From an uncultured Patescibacteria group bacterium (lineage in GTDB: Bacteria > Patescibacteriota > Minisyncoccia > Phycocordibacterales > UBA918), in the NCBI GenBank assembly GCA_934699595.1, contig CAKUWT010000001.1, forward strand, positions 71,839 through 135,838: a stretch of 64,000 nt of DNA, in the 5' to 3' direction. Of the stretch, positions 37,317-46,870 are shown piece after piece. Position numbers and translations under genes: made by a program. Positions within the stretch are counted from its first letter, which is position 1. Every line of letters starts with the position of its first letter. Below the pieces are notes generated by a model, which had not been told where the DNA came from, made no database searches, and saw only the letters and a program-made list of their open reading frames with translations.

Positions 37317-38381
37317 ATGAAAGACTATTATCAAGTTTTAGGAGTGGAGAGAGGCGCGTCCAAAGACGACGTAAAAAAAGCTTTCCGTAAGCTAGCTTCG
37401 CAATACCATCCCGACAAAAAGACTGGTAACGAGTCTAAATACAAAGAGATTACCGAGGCTTACGCCGTCTTGGGAGACGATAAAAAACGCGCCGAGTACG
37501 ACACCTACGGACAGTCATTCAGCGGGTCTGGACCTGCTGGTGGTGGTTTCTCATGGGCTGATTTTCAGCAACAGAGTGGCTTTGGCGGTGGACAAGGCTT
37601 TGAATTTGATATCAACGATATCTTTAGTAACTTCGGCTTTGGTGGCCAAAGCCGGGAAGTGCGCGGTCGTGATATCTCAATTGATATCAACCTCAACTTC
37701 AAAGAATCTATCTTCGGCATCACTCGCAAAGTCCTCATTACCAAAAACTCTACTTGTGAGGTTTGTGATGGTTCTGGAGCCAAATCAAAGAGCGACATGG
37801 TGAGTTGTCCTACTTGTAACGGACAGGGTAAAATTCACGAAACCCGACAAAGTATCCTGGGGAATTTTACCACCGTTCGCGAGTGTCCGACCTGTCACGG
37901 CCGCGGTCAGGTACCAAAAGATAGCTGCCATGCTTGTGCTGGTAGTGGTGTAACACGGAAAGAAAAGGAGATTAGTATCGACGTACCAGCGGGTATTCAA
38001 GATGGTGAGGTAATTCGTATGACTGGACGAGGTGAAGCGGTACCAAACGGTTATCCAGGAGACCTCTATATTAAAATCCACGTAGAAAAACACCCGACCA
38101 TCAAGCGCGAAGGTGCCACCCTCTACAGTGACCTTCCAGTAAAGCTGACAGACGCTTTGCTCGGTGCCAAGTATCGGGTGGAAACAATCGACGGCAACGT
38201 AGAGATTGCCGTTCCTGCAGGCATTGCTCACGGGGAACTGCTTCGCATTAAGGGTAAAGGCGTGCCGACCAGTCGCAACTCTCGCGGTGACTTTATGGTC
38301 AAAATATTGATTGAGACACCGAAAAAACTTTCTAAACAAGCCAAGAGGTTAGTAGAGGAGTTGCAAAAAGAAGGTTTGTAG
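37317..38381 (+). CDS. dnaJ: molecular chaperone DnaJ (Hsp40)
   Basis: J-domain with HPD, a G/F-rich region, and four CxxCxGxG repeats. Confidence 0.95.
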   Translation: MKDYYQVLGVERGASKDDVKKAFRKLASQYHPDKKTGNESKYKEITEAYAVLGDDKKRAEYDTYGQSFSGSGPAGGGFSWADFQQQSGFGGGQGFEFDINDIFSNFGFGGQSREVRGRDISIDINLNFKESIFGITRKVLITKNSTCEVCDGSGAKSKSDMVSCPTCNGQGKIHETRQSILGNFTTVRECPTCHGRGQVPKDSCHACAGSGVTRKEKEISIDVPAGIQDGEVIRMTGRGEAVPNGYPGDLYIKIHVEKHPTIKREGATLYSDLPVKLTDALLGAKYRVETIDGNVEIAVPAGIAHGELLRIKGKGVPTSRNSRGDFMVKILIETPKKLSKQAKRLVEELQKEGL

Positions 38382-38428
38382 AAAAGTAATCAGGCCCGCC
38401 TCGCAAGAGGCGGGCCTGATTACTTTTC
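38382..38428 (+). terminator. rho-independent terminator after dnaJ
   Basis: gtaatcaggcccgcctc-gcaa-gaggcgggcctgattac followed by ttttctc. Confidence 0.8.
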
Positions 38429-38437
38429 TCACTCCTC

Positions 38438-39004
38438 ATGGCACTATTCACGTATCTATTTTATACTAAAACTATGTCAACAAGCGACGACGCTAAGCTC
38501 ACCAGTTATTTCAGCTTGCCCACACCGGTAGGGGAGTTTGTTGTTGTTCTAGATAGTGAGGACACGGTAAGAGCCGCCGGCTTTAATTCACTAATCAAAC
38601 TAATTAGACTGGTGGATCAAAATACTAAACCTAGCAATCTAGAAGAGCGGGTCCTGCACCCTTATAAGATTTTACTTAAAGAATACTTCGCTGGCGAGCC
38701 CGTAGATTTGCAGAAGATTACTCATCAGCAACCTGGTACCGACTTCCAGCAGCGCGCCTGGCAGGCAATGAGTAATATTCCTTACGGTACCACCAGCACC
38801 TACAAAAGCATCGCCACCGAAGCCGGGAGCGCTCGCGCTAGTCGTGCGGCCGGTTCCGCCTGCGCCCACAACCGCATTATTGTCATTGTACCCTGTCACC
38901 GCGTTTTGAAATCCGACGGCACCGCCGGTAACTACTACTACGGGCACAAAATCAAAAACTTCTTACTAAAATTAGAGCAAGACGGGTTAGAATTACATGG
39001 CTAA
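38438..39004 (+). CDS. ogt: methylated-DNA--protein-cysteine methyltransferase
   Basis: IPYGTTSTYKSIA...PCHRV active site. The start is possibly MSTSDD at 38474. Confidence 0.85.
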   Translation: MALFTYLFYTKTMSTSDDAKLTSYFSLPTPVGEFVVVLDSEDTVRAAGFNSLIKLIRLVDQNTKPSNLEERVLHPYKILLKEYFAGEPVDLQKITHQQPGTDFQQRAWQAMSNIPYGTTSTYKSIATEAGSARASRAAGSACAHNRIIVIVPCHRVLKSDGTAGNYYYGHKIKNFLLKLEQDGLELHG

Positions 39005-39428
39005 GCAATCTACTAGTCTCGACTTCGGTGACAGCCGCCGACCACAATCGCAATTTCAGCTTTACGAACAAATTATCACCGACCGCGGTAGCCGTTACTC
39101 GGTCAGTTTTGGCCTGGTGCAGGGCAGGGAAGACATTAAGAAATTCCTTAAACGAATCCGAACGTATAACAAAAAATATCAAAAAGCCACACATCATTCC
39201 TGGGCAGCCAGACTCAGCCATGCTGGGGCCATTTTTGAAACCAAAAATGATGACGGCGAGACTGGGGCTGGCATGGTGATTCTGCGTATTCTTCAGAAAG
39301 AAGACGTCACCGATTGCATCGTTTGCGTCACGCGTTGGTTTGGTGGCACCAAACTGATGGGCGATCGCTTTAAACACATTCAAGACGCCACCAAGTACGC
39401 CCTGGAACATTTAGATGATGAATCATAA
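38997..39428 (+). CDS. yigZ: IMPACT/YigZ family (UPF0029) N-terminal domain protein
   Basis: ITDRGSRYSVSFG ... GETGAGM pattern typical of YigZ/IMPACT. Confidence 0.6.
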   Translation: MAKQSTSLDFGDSRRPQSQFQLYEQIITDRGSRYSVSFGLVQGREDIKKFLKRIRTYNKKYQKATHHSWAARLSHAGAIFETKNDDGETGAGMVILRILQKEDVTDCIVCVTRWFGGTKLMGDRFKHIQDATKYALEHLDDES

Positions 39429-39437
39429 CACCACCCG

Positions 39438-40475
39438 TTGGCTTTAAGTTATTCTGCCTTTAATATAAGACGGTTTACTTTTCCTAAAACTAATAAATCT
39501 GGTACACTAAAACTCAATATGAACAACCCAAAAAAACGTCTTTTGACCGGCTTAAAACCAACTGGCAATCTCCACATCGGCAACTACTTCGGTGCCTTGA
39601 AACCGTTTGTAGATTTTTTAGCCGAAAATGCCGCTTACGAGAGCTTCTTGATGGTAGCTGATTATCACGCTCTCACTACTGCCAAAGATGCCGCTCAACT
39701 GCGACAAGATACCTACAACATCGTGCGTGATTATTTAGCAGCCGGAGTTGACCCTGAGAAAGTAACGCTGTTTAAGCAATCAGACAATCCCGACCACACC
39801 GAACTAGCTTGGATTTTAAACTGCCAGGTGACAGTACCATTCCTAATGCAAGCACACGCCTACAAAGACAAGGTCGCCAAAGGACAGGAGGCTAATGCCG
39901 GTTTATTCACTTACCCCATGCTGATGGCAGCCGATATTCTCCTGTACGATACCGACCTTGTGCCAGTAGGGGAAGACCAGCGCCAACATGTGGAGTACGC
40001 CCGCGAAGCGGCGGGTAAGTTTAATCGCCAATACGGCGAGATACTGAAAAATCCCCAAGAAAAGATCATGCCAGCCGTCGGCATCATTCCAGGTATTGAT
40101 GGACAAAAAATGAGCAAAAGTTATAACAACACTATTCCACTGTTTGCCGAACCAGCGGTAGTAGAAAAGGCCGTCATGAGTATCGTCACCGACTCCACCG
40201 GTGACTGGCCAGAAAATGTTTATAATATTCACCGCTTAATCAAAAGTGAGGACGAATTGCAACCGCTTTACCAAAATAGTGCTGGACGTTACGGCGATTT
40301 GAAAAAAGCTTTAGCTGCCGATCTCAATGACTACTTTGCCGAAATGCGCACCCGCCGACAAAACATTTCCGATGACGAGGTGCGAACGGTTTTAGAAAAT
40401 GGTGTCCAACGGTCGCGAGCGGTGACCAAGGAAGTGCTAGCGCGAGTGAAGCAGGCTATTGGTATTACTCTCTAA
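39438..40475 (+). CDS. trpS: tryptophanyl-tRNA synthetase
   Basis: TGNLHIGNYFG (HIGH) and KMSKS. The start is probably MNNPKKR at 39519. Confidence 0.9.
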   Translation: MALSYSAFNIRRFTFPKTNKSGTLKLNMNNPKKRLLTGLKPTGNLHIGNYFGALKPFVDFLAENAAYESFLMVADYHALTTAKDAAQLRQDTYNIVRDYLAAGVDPEKVTLFKQSDNPDHTELAWILNCQVTVPFLMQAHAYKDKVAKGQEANAGLFTYPMLMAADILLYDTDLVPVGEDQRQHVEYAREAAGKFNRQYGEILKNPQEKIMPAVGIIPGIDGQKMSKSYNNTIPLFAEPAVVEKAVMSIVTDSTGDWPENVYNIHRLIKSEDELQPLYQNSAGRYGDLKKALAADLNDYFAEMRTRRQNISDDEVRTVLENGVQRSRAVTKEVLARVKQAIGITL

Positions 40476-40508
40476 GGTAACTTTGTTAAAGAACCGATGA
40501 TAAATCGC

Positions 40509-40536
40509 TTTACACTCACCAAAATATCGCTATAAT
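40509..40536 (+). promoter_or_regulatory. promoter TTTACA-N16-TATAAT driving the T-box leader
   Basis: -35 at 40509-40514 and -10 at 40531-40536. Confidence 0.5.
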
Positions 40537-40542
40537 AAAACC

Positions 40543-40820
40543 TAAGCCTATGGTCTACTAACAATAGACCGGCGAGGGAAGAAAAGTGAGTAGGCTGATG
40601 GTTCCGACTTAACCATCAGGTGCCAGGTCTCAACAATCAAACTAACTCACTAAGTAGAACCCTCCGGGATAGCAACCGACATCTTGCCAACAAGCCTCCA
40701 GAGAGGGAAGTAGGGTGGTACCGCGACTCCATAAACGAGCTTCGCCCCTGCAGATAAAGTTAGTTTATTAGTTTTATCGCCAGGGTTTTTCTCTGCGTAA
40801 ATACCTTAAGTACTATTTCT
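40543..40820 (+). promoter_or_regulatory. T-box riboswitch leader upstream of aspS
   Basis: AGUAGGGUGGUACCGCG at ~40709-40725 matches the T-box consensus AAUUAGGGUGGNACCGCG. An antiterminator 3' strand CGC-c-CCU follows. An upstream Stem-I-like helix is formed by GAGGG/CCCTC and AGTGAG/CTCACT. The ~345-nt leader contains no ORF. Confidence 0.7.
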
Positions 40821-42173
40821 ATGGAAAGAATTTTAATTGCCGATCTAAAACAACACATCGGTGAAAGTGTCACCATTAAAGCAGTGGTCAACGTAGCTCG
40901 ATTTCAGGGTAAAATGGCCTTCTTTGATTTCCGTGATCGCTCTGGTCCCGTTCAAGGGGTGGTGTTTGGTAAACCAGAAGTATTAACCATAGCTGAAACC
41001 CTAACGATAGAATCATCTGTAGCCGTTACTGGTATCGTCAATAAGCGGCCAGAGAAGATGATTAATACTAAGGTAGAAAATGGCGATATCGAGCTAGAAA
41101 TTACCAATATTACGGTACTAAATCTTGCTGCAGCACCACCGTTTGCTCCTGATGCTGAACTAAGTCTAGAAACCTTACTCGATAACCGACCACTCACCCT
41201 GCGCCGTCCTCACGAACGTGCTATTTTTAAAATCCAAAGTGAAATCCTGGTCGCCTATCGCGCCTTCTTAAATAGCCAGGGCTTTACAGAGTTCCAGGCT
41301 CCAAAAATTGTCGGCGGTGACGCTGAGGGAGGAGCAGAAGTCTTCAAAATAAAGTACTTTAAAGGAGTGGAGGCTAGCTTAGCTACTAGTCCACAGCTTT
41401 ATAAGCAAATCATGGTCGGCGCTTTTGAACGTGTTTTTGCTGTCGGTCCAACTTTCCGAGCGGAAAAGAGCGCCACCACTCGTCATCTAAGCGAAATTAG
41501 TATGCTTGACTTGGAGATGGGTTTTATTGACGACCACATGGATGTTATTGACTTAGTTAATAAATTAATGCGTGCCATTGTAGAACACGTCAACACAACC
41601 TGCTCAACCGAACTAACCCTTCTCAATAGTCCCTTAGCTTTGGCACCAGAAACTTTTCCAGTTATGACCCTAAGAGAAGCGCAAGAATTAATTCTCAAAG
41701 AGACTGGCATAGACAAAACTACTGAACCAGATCTAGAGCCAGAAGATGAGCGTTTTCTTTGTGAATACGCCCACGAACATTGGAATAGTGATTTTGTATT
41801 TGTAACACACTTCCCGACAAAGAAACGACCTTTTTATACACACGTCGATCCGGAGAAGCCCGAGTTTACCCGCAGCTTTGATCTGCTGTTCCGCGGTCTG
41901 GAAATGTGTTCAGGCGGGCAGCGCGTGCATGACTATGATGAGTTAGTCACTCGCATTAAAGACAAGGGACTAGATCCAGAAAAATTCCACTTTTATCTTC
42001 AGGCTTTCAAGTATGGTATTCCACCACACGGCGGTATCGGCATGGGTCTGGAAAGACTGACTGCCAAATTAGCTGGGGTCGGGAATGTTAAAGAAGCGAC
42101 ACTTTTCCCACGCGATATTAACCGCATTGATACTCTGACTAGTCAGGAGATTGATACTGAGGCGAGTTTATAG
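40821..42173 (+). CDS. aspS: aspartyl-tRNA synthetase, archaeal/eukaryal-type class IIb (possibly non-discriminating)
   Basis: N-terminal OB anticodon-binding domain, SPQLYKQ, FRAEKSATTRHLSE (motif 2), GGIGMGLERL (motif 3); 450 aa. Confidence 0.8.
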   Translation: MERILIADLKQHIGESVTIKAVVNVARFQGKMAFFDFRDRSGPVQGVVFGKPEVLTIAETLTIESSVAVTGIVNKRPEKMINTKVENGDIELEITNITVLNLAAAPPFAPDAELSLETLLDNRPLTLRRPHERAIFKIQSEILVAYRAFLNSQGFTEFQAPKIVGGDAEGGAEVFKIKYFKGVEASLATSPQLYKQIMVGAFERVFAVGPTFRAEKSATTRHLSEISMLDLEMGFIDDHMDVIDLVNKLMRAIVEHVNTTCSTELTLLNSPLALAPETFPVMTLREAQELILKETGIDKTTEPDLEPEDERFLCEYAHEHWNSDFVFVTHFPTKKRPFYTHVDPEKPEFTRSFDLLFRGLEMCSGGQRVHDYDELVTRIKDKGLDPEKFHFYLQAFKYGIPPHGGIGMGLERLTAKLAGVGNVKEATLFPRDINRIDTLTSQEIDTEASL

Positions 42174-42201
42174 GTTCAACAAGACACGCAAGATTAACAA
42201 T

Positions 42202-42244
42202 AGTTAGTGAGAAAATCATCGGGCGCCCCACTAATGGGGCGCCC
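42202..42244. terminator. bidirectional rho-independent terminator
   Basis: aaaatcatcgggcgcccc-actaat-ggggcgcccgatgatttt. Confidence 0.8.
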
Positions 42245-42302
42245 GATGATTTTCCTACAAGTCACCTCATCAACAAAATAAAAATGTTAAACTAATCTCA
42301 AT

Positions 42303-43043
42303 ATGGAGCAAGCCGAGTTACTAGCAGTCAAAACCGAGATTTTTGAAGGACCCCTCGAACTACTAGTCGAACTGTGTGAAAAACGCAAACTCCTCATTAA
42401 TGATATTTCTCTCGCAACTGTCACCGATGACTACATTAATCAGGTCAGTCTGATGCAAGCTGATTCGTTACCGCACACCGCACAATTTATCCAGTTAGCT
42501 GCCACCTTGCTACTAATCAAGTCAAAATCACTACTACCGACTTTAGAGCTCAGTGCTGAAGAGGAAACTGATATCAAGGATCTGCAAGAGCGATTACAGA
42601 AATATGCGATTTATCGTGAGGCTGGTCAAGAGTTAACGAGGCTCTTTGGTAGTGCCAGACTCCACGCTCCCGAACGTAGTCCGATCACTAAGACAGTTTT
42701 TGCCCCAGACGGATGGTGCACCGTCGACAAACTTAGTGCGGTGATGCAGCAGCTTTTAACGGACTTACCAGTCCCTACGGAGCGACAAGAAGCGACAGTT
42801 AAGGAAGTTATCAGCCTGGAAACTATGATCAGTCGCTTACAAAAACGCATCAACGACCAAGCCCGTCTAACCTTCAGAGAGCTATGTTTTTCCGACCCCA
42901 ATGACTCACCTCGAACCAGAATTGTCAGCTTTTTAGCAGTTCTAGAGCTCTTCCGTGATGGTAACTTACTCCTCCGTCAGAGAGCGAACTTTGCTGACAT
43001 TGAAATCGAACGTGATCGAGGACACACCCCAACATACTACTAG
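42303..43043 (+). CDS. scpA: segregation and condensation protein A
   Basis: N-terminus FEGPLELLVELCEKRKL typical of ScpA. Confidence 0.85.
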   Translation: MEQAELLAVKTEIFEGPLELLVELCEKRKLLINDISLATVTDDYINQVSLMQADSLPHTAQFIQLAATLLLIKSKSLLPTLELSAEEETDIKDLQERLQKYAIYREAGQELTRLFGSARLHAPERSPITKTVFAPDGWCTVDKLSAVMQQLLTDLPVPTERQEATVKEVISLETMISRLQKRINDQARLTFRELCFSDPNDSPRTRIVSFLAVLELFRDGNLLLRQRANFADIEIERDRGHTPTYY

Positions 43044-43129
43044 CGGTAGCATCTTAAAAAACACTTCACAATCACCTAAATTATCTATAAAACTCAATCC
43101 AGGTATGTTAAACTGACGATAACACTCCC

Positions 43130-43663
43130 ATGCCTTTAGATATTCTATTAGAGGGCTGGCTCTTTTACAGAGCCAGACCTGTTAAAAAAATTGAAATACT
43201 CAAAGAACTAAAAATCTCCGAGGATGATTTGACAGTAGCTACTGAAAAACTTCGCTCTCGACTTATTGACGGCGCTCTCCGCCTCACAGAAACTAGCGAT
43301 GAGCTCCAACTGGTGACCGCACCAAACCTCAGTGAGTTTATAGAAACCCTACAAAAAATAACCCTCAAGAAAGATATTGGCAAAGCTGGCGCCGAGACTT
43401 TAGCAATCATTCTTTACAAAGGTGAGGTCACTCGTGCCGAGGTGGATCATATTCGTGGCGTTAATTCTGCCTTTACTATTCGCGATTTACAAACTCGCGG
43501 CTTAATTGAACATAAGCTGACCCGTCCAAACGGGGAATACGTTTTTACTATCACTAGCGAACTTTTGAACATGCTAGGGGTAGAGAAGCGCCATGACCTA
43601 ACCAACTTCTCCTCAATCATGTCTAAATTGGATGACTTCACCATTCAAACCGAAGAGAATTAG
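43130..43663 (+). CDS. scpB: segregation and condensation protein B
   Basis: Tandem winged-helix domains directly after scpA. Confidence 0.8.
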   Translation: MPLDILLEGWLFYRARPVKKIEILKELKISEDDLTVATEKLRSRLIDGALRLTETSDELQLVTAPNLSEFIETLQKITLKKDIGKAGAETLAIILYKGEVTRAEVDHIRGVNSAFTIRDLQTRGLIEHKLTRPNGEYVFTITSELLNMLGVEKRHDLTNFSSIMSKLDDFTIQTEEN

Positions 43664-44669
43664 TATGAATTTACACGATATTAAATTACCACCAAAACCA
43701 AAATTCTCAGAGAATTTTCCTATTTTCGGTCAAATCACTATCTTGGTTGGAGTTTTGTTACTAATTGTTACTCTTGGTTATAAAGCCCAAATCATAACTC
43801 TATTAAAAAGTAAATCGTCTAGTGGGACTAATGCAACAGTGATTGAGAATAACCACCCTCAACAAGAAACGGCTCAATTATCAGAGCAGAACATTATTGC
43901 TCCGTCAGCTTACGTCTATGATTTGAAAAATGAACGTGTACTATACGAGAAAGACGCTACCACCGTGCGACCCCTAGCTTCAATCACCAAGCTGATGACC
44001 GCACTCATAGCTCACGAGCTTGCTCCACAAGATAAAAAAATCGCCATTCCTCTGGCTGCCACCATGTTGGAAAGTGCTAGCGGCTTGAAGGAAGACGAAC
44101 TTTTTAATCGTGACTCTGCCACCACCTACGCCCTGATTGCTTCTTCTAATGACAGTGCTTATGCTCTGGCAGATGCGGTGGGCAAAACCCTAGATCCAGA
44201 CCACCCCCAAAAAGCTTTTGTCACTGCCATGAATATCAGAGCCGAGGAGTTAGAGTTAGCTAGTTTAAAATTCCTCAACCCAACCGGCCTAGATATTTCA
44301 CAAACTGAAGCTGGTGCTTTTGGTAATGCTAAGGACGTCTCTCTTTTGGTGAAATATTTACTATCAAAATATCCAGAAATGTTTAGCATCAGTGCCGAAA
44401 CAACTGCCCAAATCCCGAACGCTTCCGGAAACAAGCATCAAATCAAGAATACCAACCAAATCATCAACCAAATCCCCACTTTGCTAGGTTCAAAAACAGG
44501 CTATACTGACCTGGCTGGCGGAAATCTTACCCTAGCTTTCGACGCTGGCTATAATCGCCCTATCATCATCACAATTCTCGGCTCTACTTATGATGGACGC
44601 TTTCGAGACATGGTGACATTAGTAAAAGCTGTCCGCAACCTATTAGACGCTGAACCCAACGCTAACTAG
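43632..44669 (+). CDS. dacA: D-alanyl-D-alanine carboxypeptidase (S11, PBP5/6-like)
   Basis: SITKLMT (SxxK), SSND (SxN), KTGYT (KTG), and an N-terminal transmembrane or signal segment. Confidence 0.8.
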   Translation: MTSPFKPKRISMNLHDIKLPPKPKFSENFPIFGQITILVGVLLLIVTLGYKAQIITLLKSKSSSGTNATVIENNHPQQETAQLSEQNIIAPSAYVYDLKNERVLYEKDATTVRPLASITKLMTALIAHELAPQDKKIAIPLAATMLESASGLKEDELFNRDSATTYALIASSNDSAYALADAVGKTLDPDHPQKAFVTAMNIRAEELELASLKFLNPTGLDISQTEAGAFGNAKDVSLLVKYLLSKYPEMFSISAETTAQIPNASGNKHQIKNTNQIINQIPTLLGSKTGYTDLAGGNLTLAFDAGYNRPIIITILGSTYDGRFRDMVTLVKAVRNLLDAEPNAN

Positions 44670-44681
44670 TAATCTAACTTT

Positions 44682-45746
44682 ATGGAATCACCTTTGATCA
44701 AGCTTCTTATCCCGGCCACCCTTGCTTTTATTATTGGTATCTTCATCACCCCTTTAATTACGCACTTCTTGTATAGATATAAGGCTTGGAAGAAAGTGGG
44801 GGGCAAGACTGCCTTGGGTGGTCATGAAGCCACAGAGTTTAATCGCTTAAAAGGAAGTACCGAAACCAAAACTCCTCGCATGGGCGGGTTGGTAATCTGG
44901 CTCAGTGTACTACTAACGGTTTTGCTACTATTTATTCTTAATCGAGTTTTTCCAGAGACCACCTGGCAAAATCTCTTTTTCCTTAGTCGCTCTCAAACTT
45001 GGATTCCACTTACGACATTGGTTATCGGCGGCTTGATTGGTTTTCTAAATGACTATTACGACATTGTCCATGGTGGCAAAGGTCTGCGCCTATCTTGGCG
45101 ACTCATGATCGTCACAGTCATCTCTGGAGCCATAGGTTGGTGGTTCTATGCCAAATTAGGGGCAACCAGTGTGAACTTCCCCTTGATAGGAGGGCTTAAT
45201 TTAGGACTACTAATCATTCCATTTTTTATCCTCCTCACCTTAGCGATTTACGCCAGTGGGGTAATTGATGGCATCGACGGCCTATCCGGCGGCGTTTTTA
45301 CTTCCATCTTTTTGGCTTATGCCGGGGTGGCCTTTATTCAATCCCAGTACGATATAGCCGCGCTTTCTGCCACCTTAGCAGGGGCCACTCTGGCATTTCT
45401 GTGGTTCAATATCCCACCCGCTCGCTTCTGGATGACAGAAACCGGCACCATGTCACTGACCTTAGTACTGGCTGTTATTGCTTTTATGACTGACTTTTTG
45501 GGAGAAGGTTACGGGATCTTTCTCTTACCAATCATCGGCCTACCACTTCTAGCCACCGTGGTCTCTAACATCATTCAGGTAACTTACCGCAAAGTTACTG
45601 GTAAAAAATTCTTCAAGATTGCTCCTTTGCATCACCATTTTGAAGCTATTGGCTGGCCCGCAGAGAAAGTGACGATGCGTTACTGGATTATCAGCATTAT
45701 GTGCTCAGTTTTTGGGGTCGCTCTAGCCTCGATTTTGTACATATGA
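44682..45746 (+). CDS. mraY: phospho-N-acetylmuramoyl-pentapeptide transferase
   Basis: Ten-transmembrane topology, the DD/DGIDGL motif, and HHHFE. Confidence 0.93.
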   Translation: MESPLIKLLIPATLAFIIGIFITPLITHFLYRYKAWKKVGGKTALGGHEATEFNRLKGSTETKTPRMGGLVIWLSVLLTVLLLFILNRVFPETTWQNLFFLSRSQTWIPLTTLVIGGLIGFLNDYYDIVHGGKGLRLSWRLMIVTVISGAIGWWFYAKLGATSVNFPLIGGLNLGLLIIPFFILLTLAIYASGVIDGIDGLSGGVFTSIFLAYAGVAFIQSQYDIAALSATLAGATLAFLWFNIPPARFWMTETGTMSLTLVLAVIAFMTDFLGEGYGIFLLPIIGLPLLATVVSNIIQVTYRKVTGKKFFKIAPLHHHFEAIGWPAEKVTMRYWIISIMCSVFGVALASILYI

Positions 45747-46855
45747 AAAAAGTTACCCTTAACAAATTATTCCTCAGCATTGTCGTCTCTTTAGTACTGG
45801 GCGGATTTTTAATTTTTATTAGTGCCTCCTTGGGTCTTTTGGCTGGCAGCAGTGGGGCTAATTTTTATAATGTCGTAATTAAACAATTTCTAGTTGGTAT
45901 CATCGGTGGGGGATTGGCTTTTCTCTTTTTTAGTAATCTCCACTACCGCCACTTGCGACGTTATGCTATCTACATTTTTACCGCGACCTTACTCCTAACT
46001 GCGGCAGTAATTATTCCCGGCGTAGGAACCGCGCACGGTGGTGCAGTTCGCTGGCTAGACATCGGCGGCTTCAGTCTACAGCCTTCGGAGCTTCTTAAAA
46101 TCGGTTTCGTTATTTATATTGCCACCTGGCTATCTGGTGCTTACACCGATGTTAAGAGCTGGAAGCACGGACTTTTACCATTTGTCATAGTAGTTGGACT
46201 TACAGGTGGTGTCATGATGGCTCAACCAGATACCGATACTTTCTTACTGATGGCCGCCTCTGGCATGGCCATGCTGCTCACCTCTGGTGCTCGTTGGCGA
46301 GACATGGCTCTCATTATTGTGGCAGGATTGCTAGTCCTCAGTGCCTTTGCTCTCAAGTATCCCTATATGCTAAACCGTCTGCACACTTTCCAGAACCCTA
46401 CCGCTGATTTGCATGGGGGTGGATGGCAAGTAGAACAAGCACGTTTGGCGATTGGCTCCGGCGGCGTCAGTGGGAAGGGCTTTGGGCAGAGTATTCAAAA
46501 ATTTAAATACTTACCGGAGCCGATTGGTGACAGTATTTTTGCAGTGTTCGGGGAAGAGTTCGGCTATGTTGGCACCTCGCTATTAATATTCTTATTTACT
46601 GCCTTTACTTTTATTGGCTACAAGATTGCCACTCGTACCAAGGATAAGTTTGGTATGTTTTTAGTGGTTGGCTTCACCACCTTAATCTTTCTGCAGGCCT
46701 TTTTAAATATCGGCTCAATGACTCGCACCATTCCACTTTTTGGCCTAACCCTACCCTTTGTTAGCCATGGCGGTACTTCTTTATTAGTCACCTTGATCAT
46801 GGCCGGAATTATCTACAATGTTGCTAAAAACAGTCCCCAGAGCAAACGCTCGTGA
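45701..46855 (+). CDS. ftsW: SEDS-family peptidoglycan glycosyltransferase FtsW/RodA
   Basis: Polytopic with SEDS conserved blocks. The start is probably MKKV at ~45743. Confidence 0.85.
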   Translation: MLSFWGRSSLDFVHMKKVTLNKLFLSIVVSLVLGGFLIFISASLGLLAGSSGANFYNVVIKQFLVGIIGGGLAFLFFSNLHYRHLRRYAIYIFTATLLLTAAVIIPGVGTAHGGAVRWLDIGGFSLQPSELLKIGFVIYIATWLSGAYTDVKSWKHGLLPFVIVVGLTGGVMMAQPDTDTFLLMAASGMAMLLTSGARWRDMALIIVAGLLVLSAFALKYPYMLNRLHTFQNPTADLHGGGWQVEQARLAIGSGGVSGKGFGQSIQKFKYLPEPIGDSIFAVFGEEFGYVGTSLLIFLFTAFTFIGYKIATRTKDKFGMFLVVGFTTLIFLQAFLNIGSMTRTIPLFGLTLPFVSHGGTSLLVTLIMAGIIYNVAKNSPQSKRS

Positions 46856-46870
46856 TAAGATAAGAGCAAT

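Noticed and set aside
37785-38339. Long antisense ORFs inside dnaJ (37785-38339 -), inside ogt/yigZ (38952-39410 -), and similar ones in dnaK, alaS and trpS
   Set aside because: They are shadow ORFs opposite strongly conserved sense genes. Their composition is low-complexity and no motifs are present.
45060-46860. Missing murD between mraY and ftsW as a deletion or pseudogene
   Set aside because: Both flanking genes are intact and tightly spaced. A murD located elsewhere in the genome is common in reduced genomes, so it is not evidence of decay.
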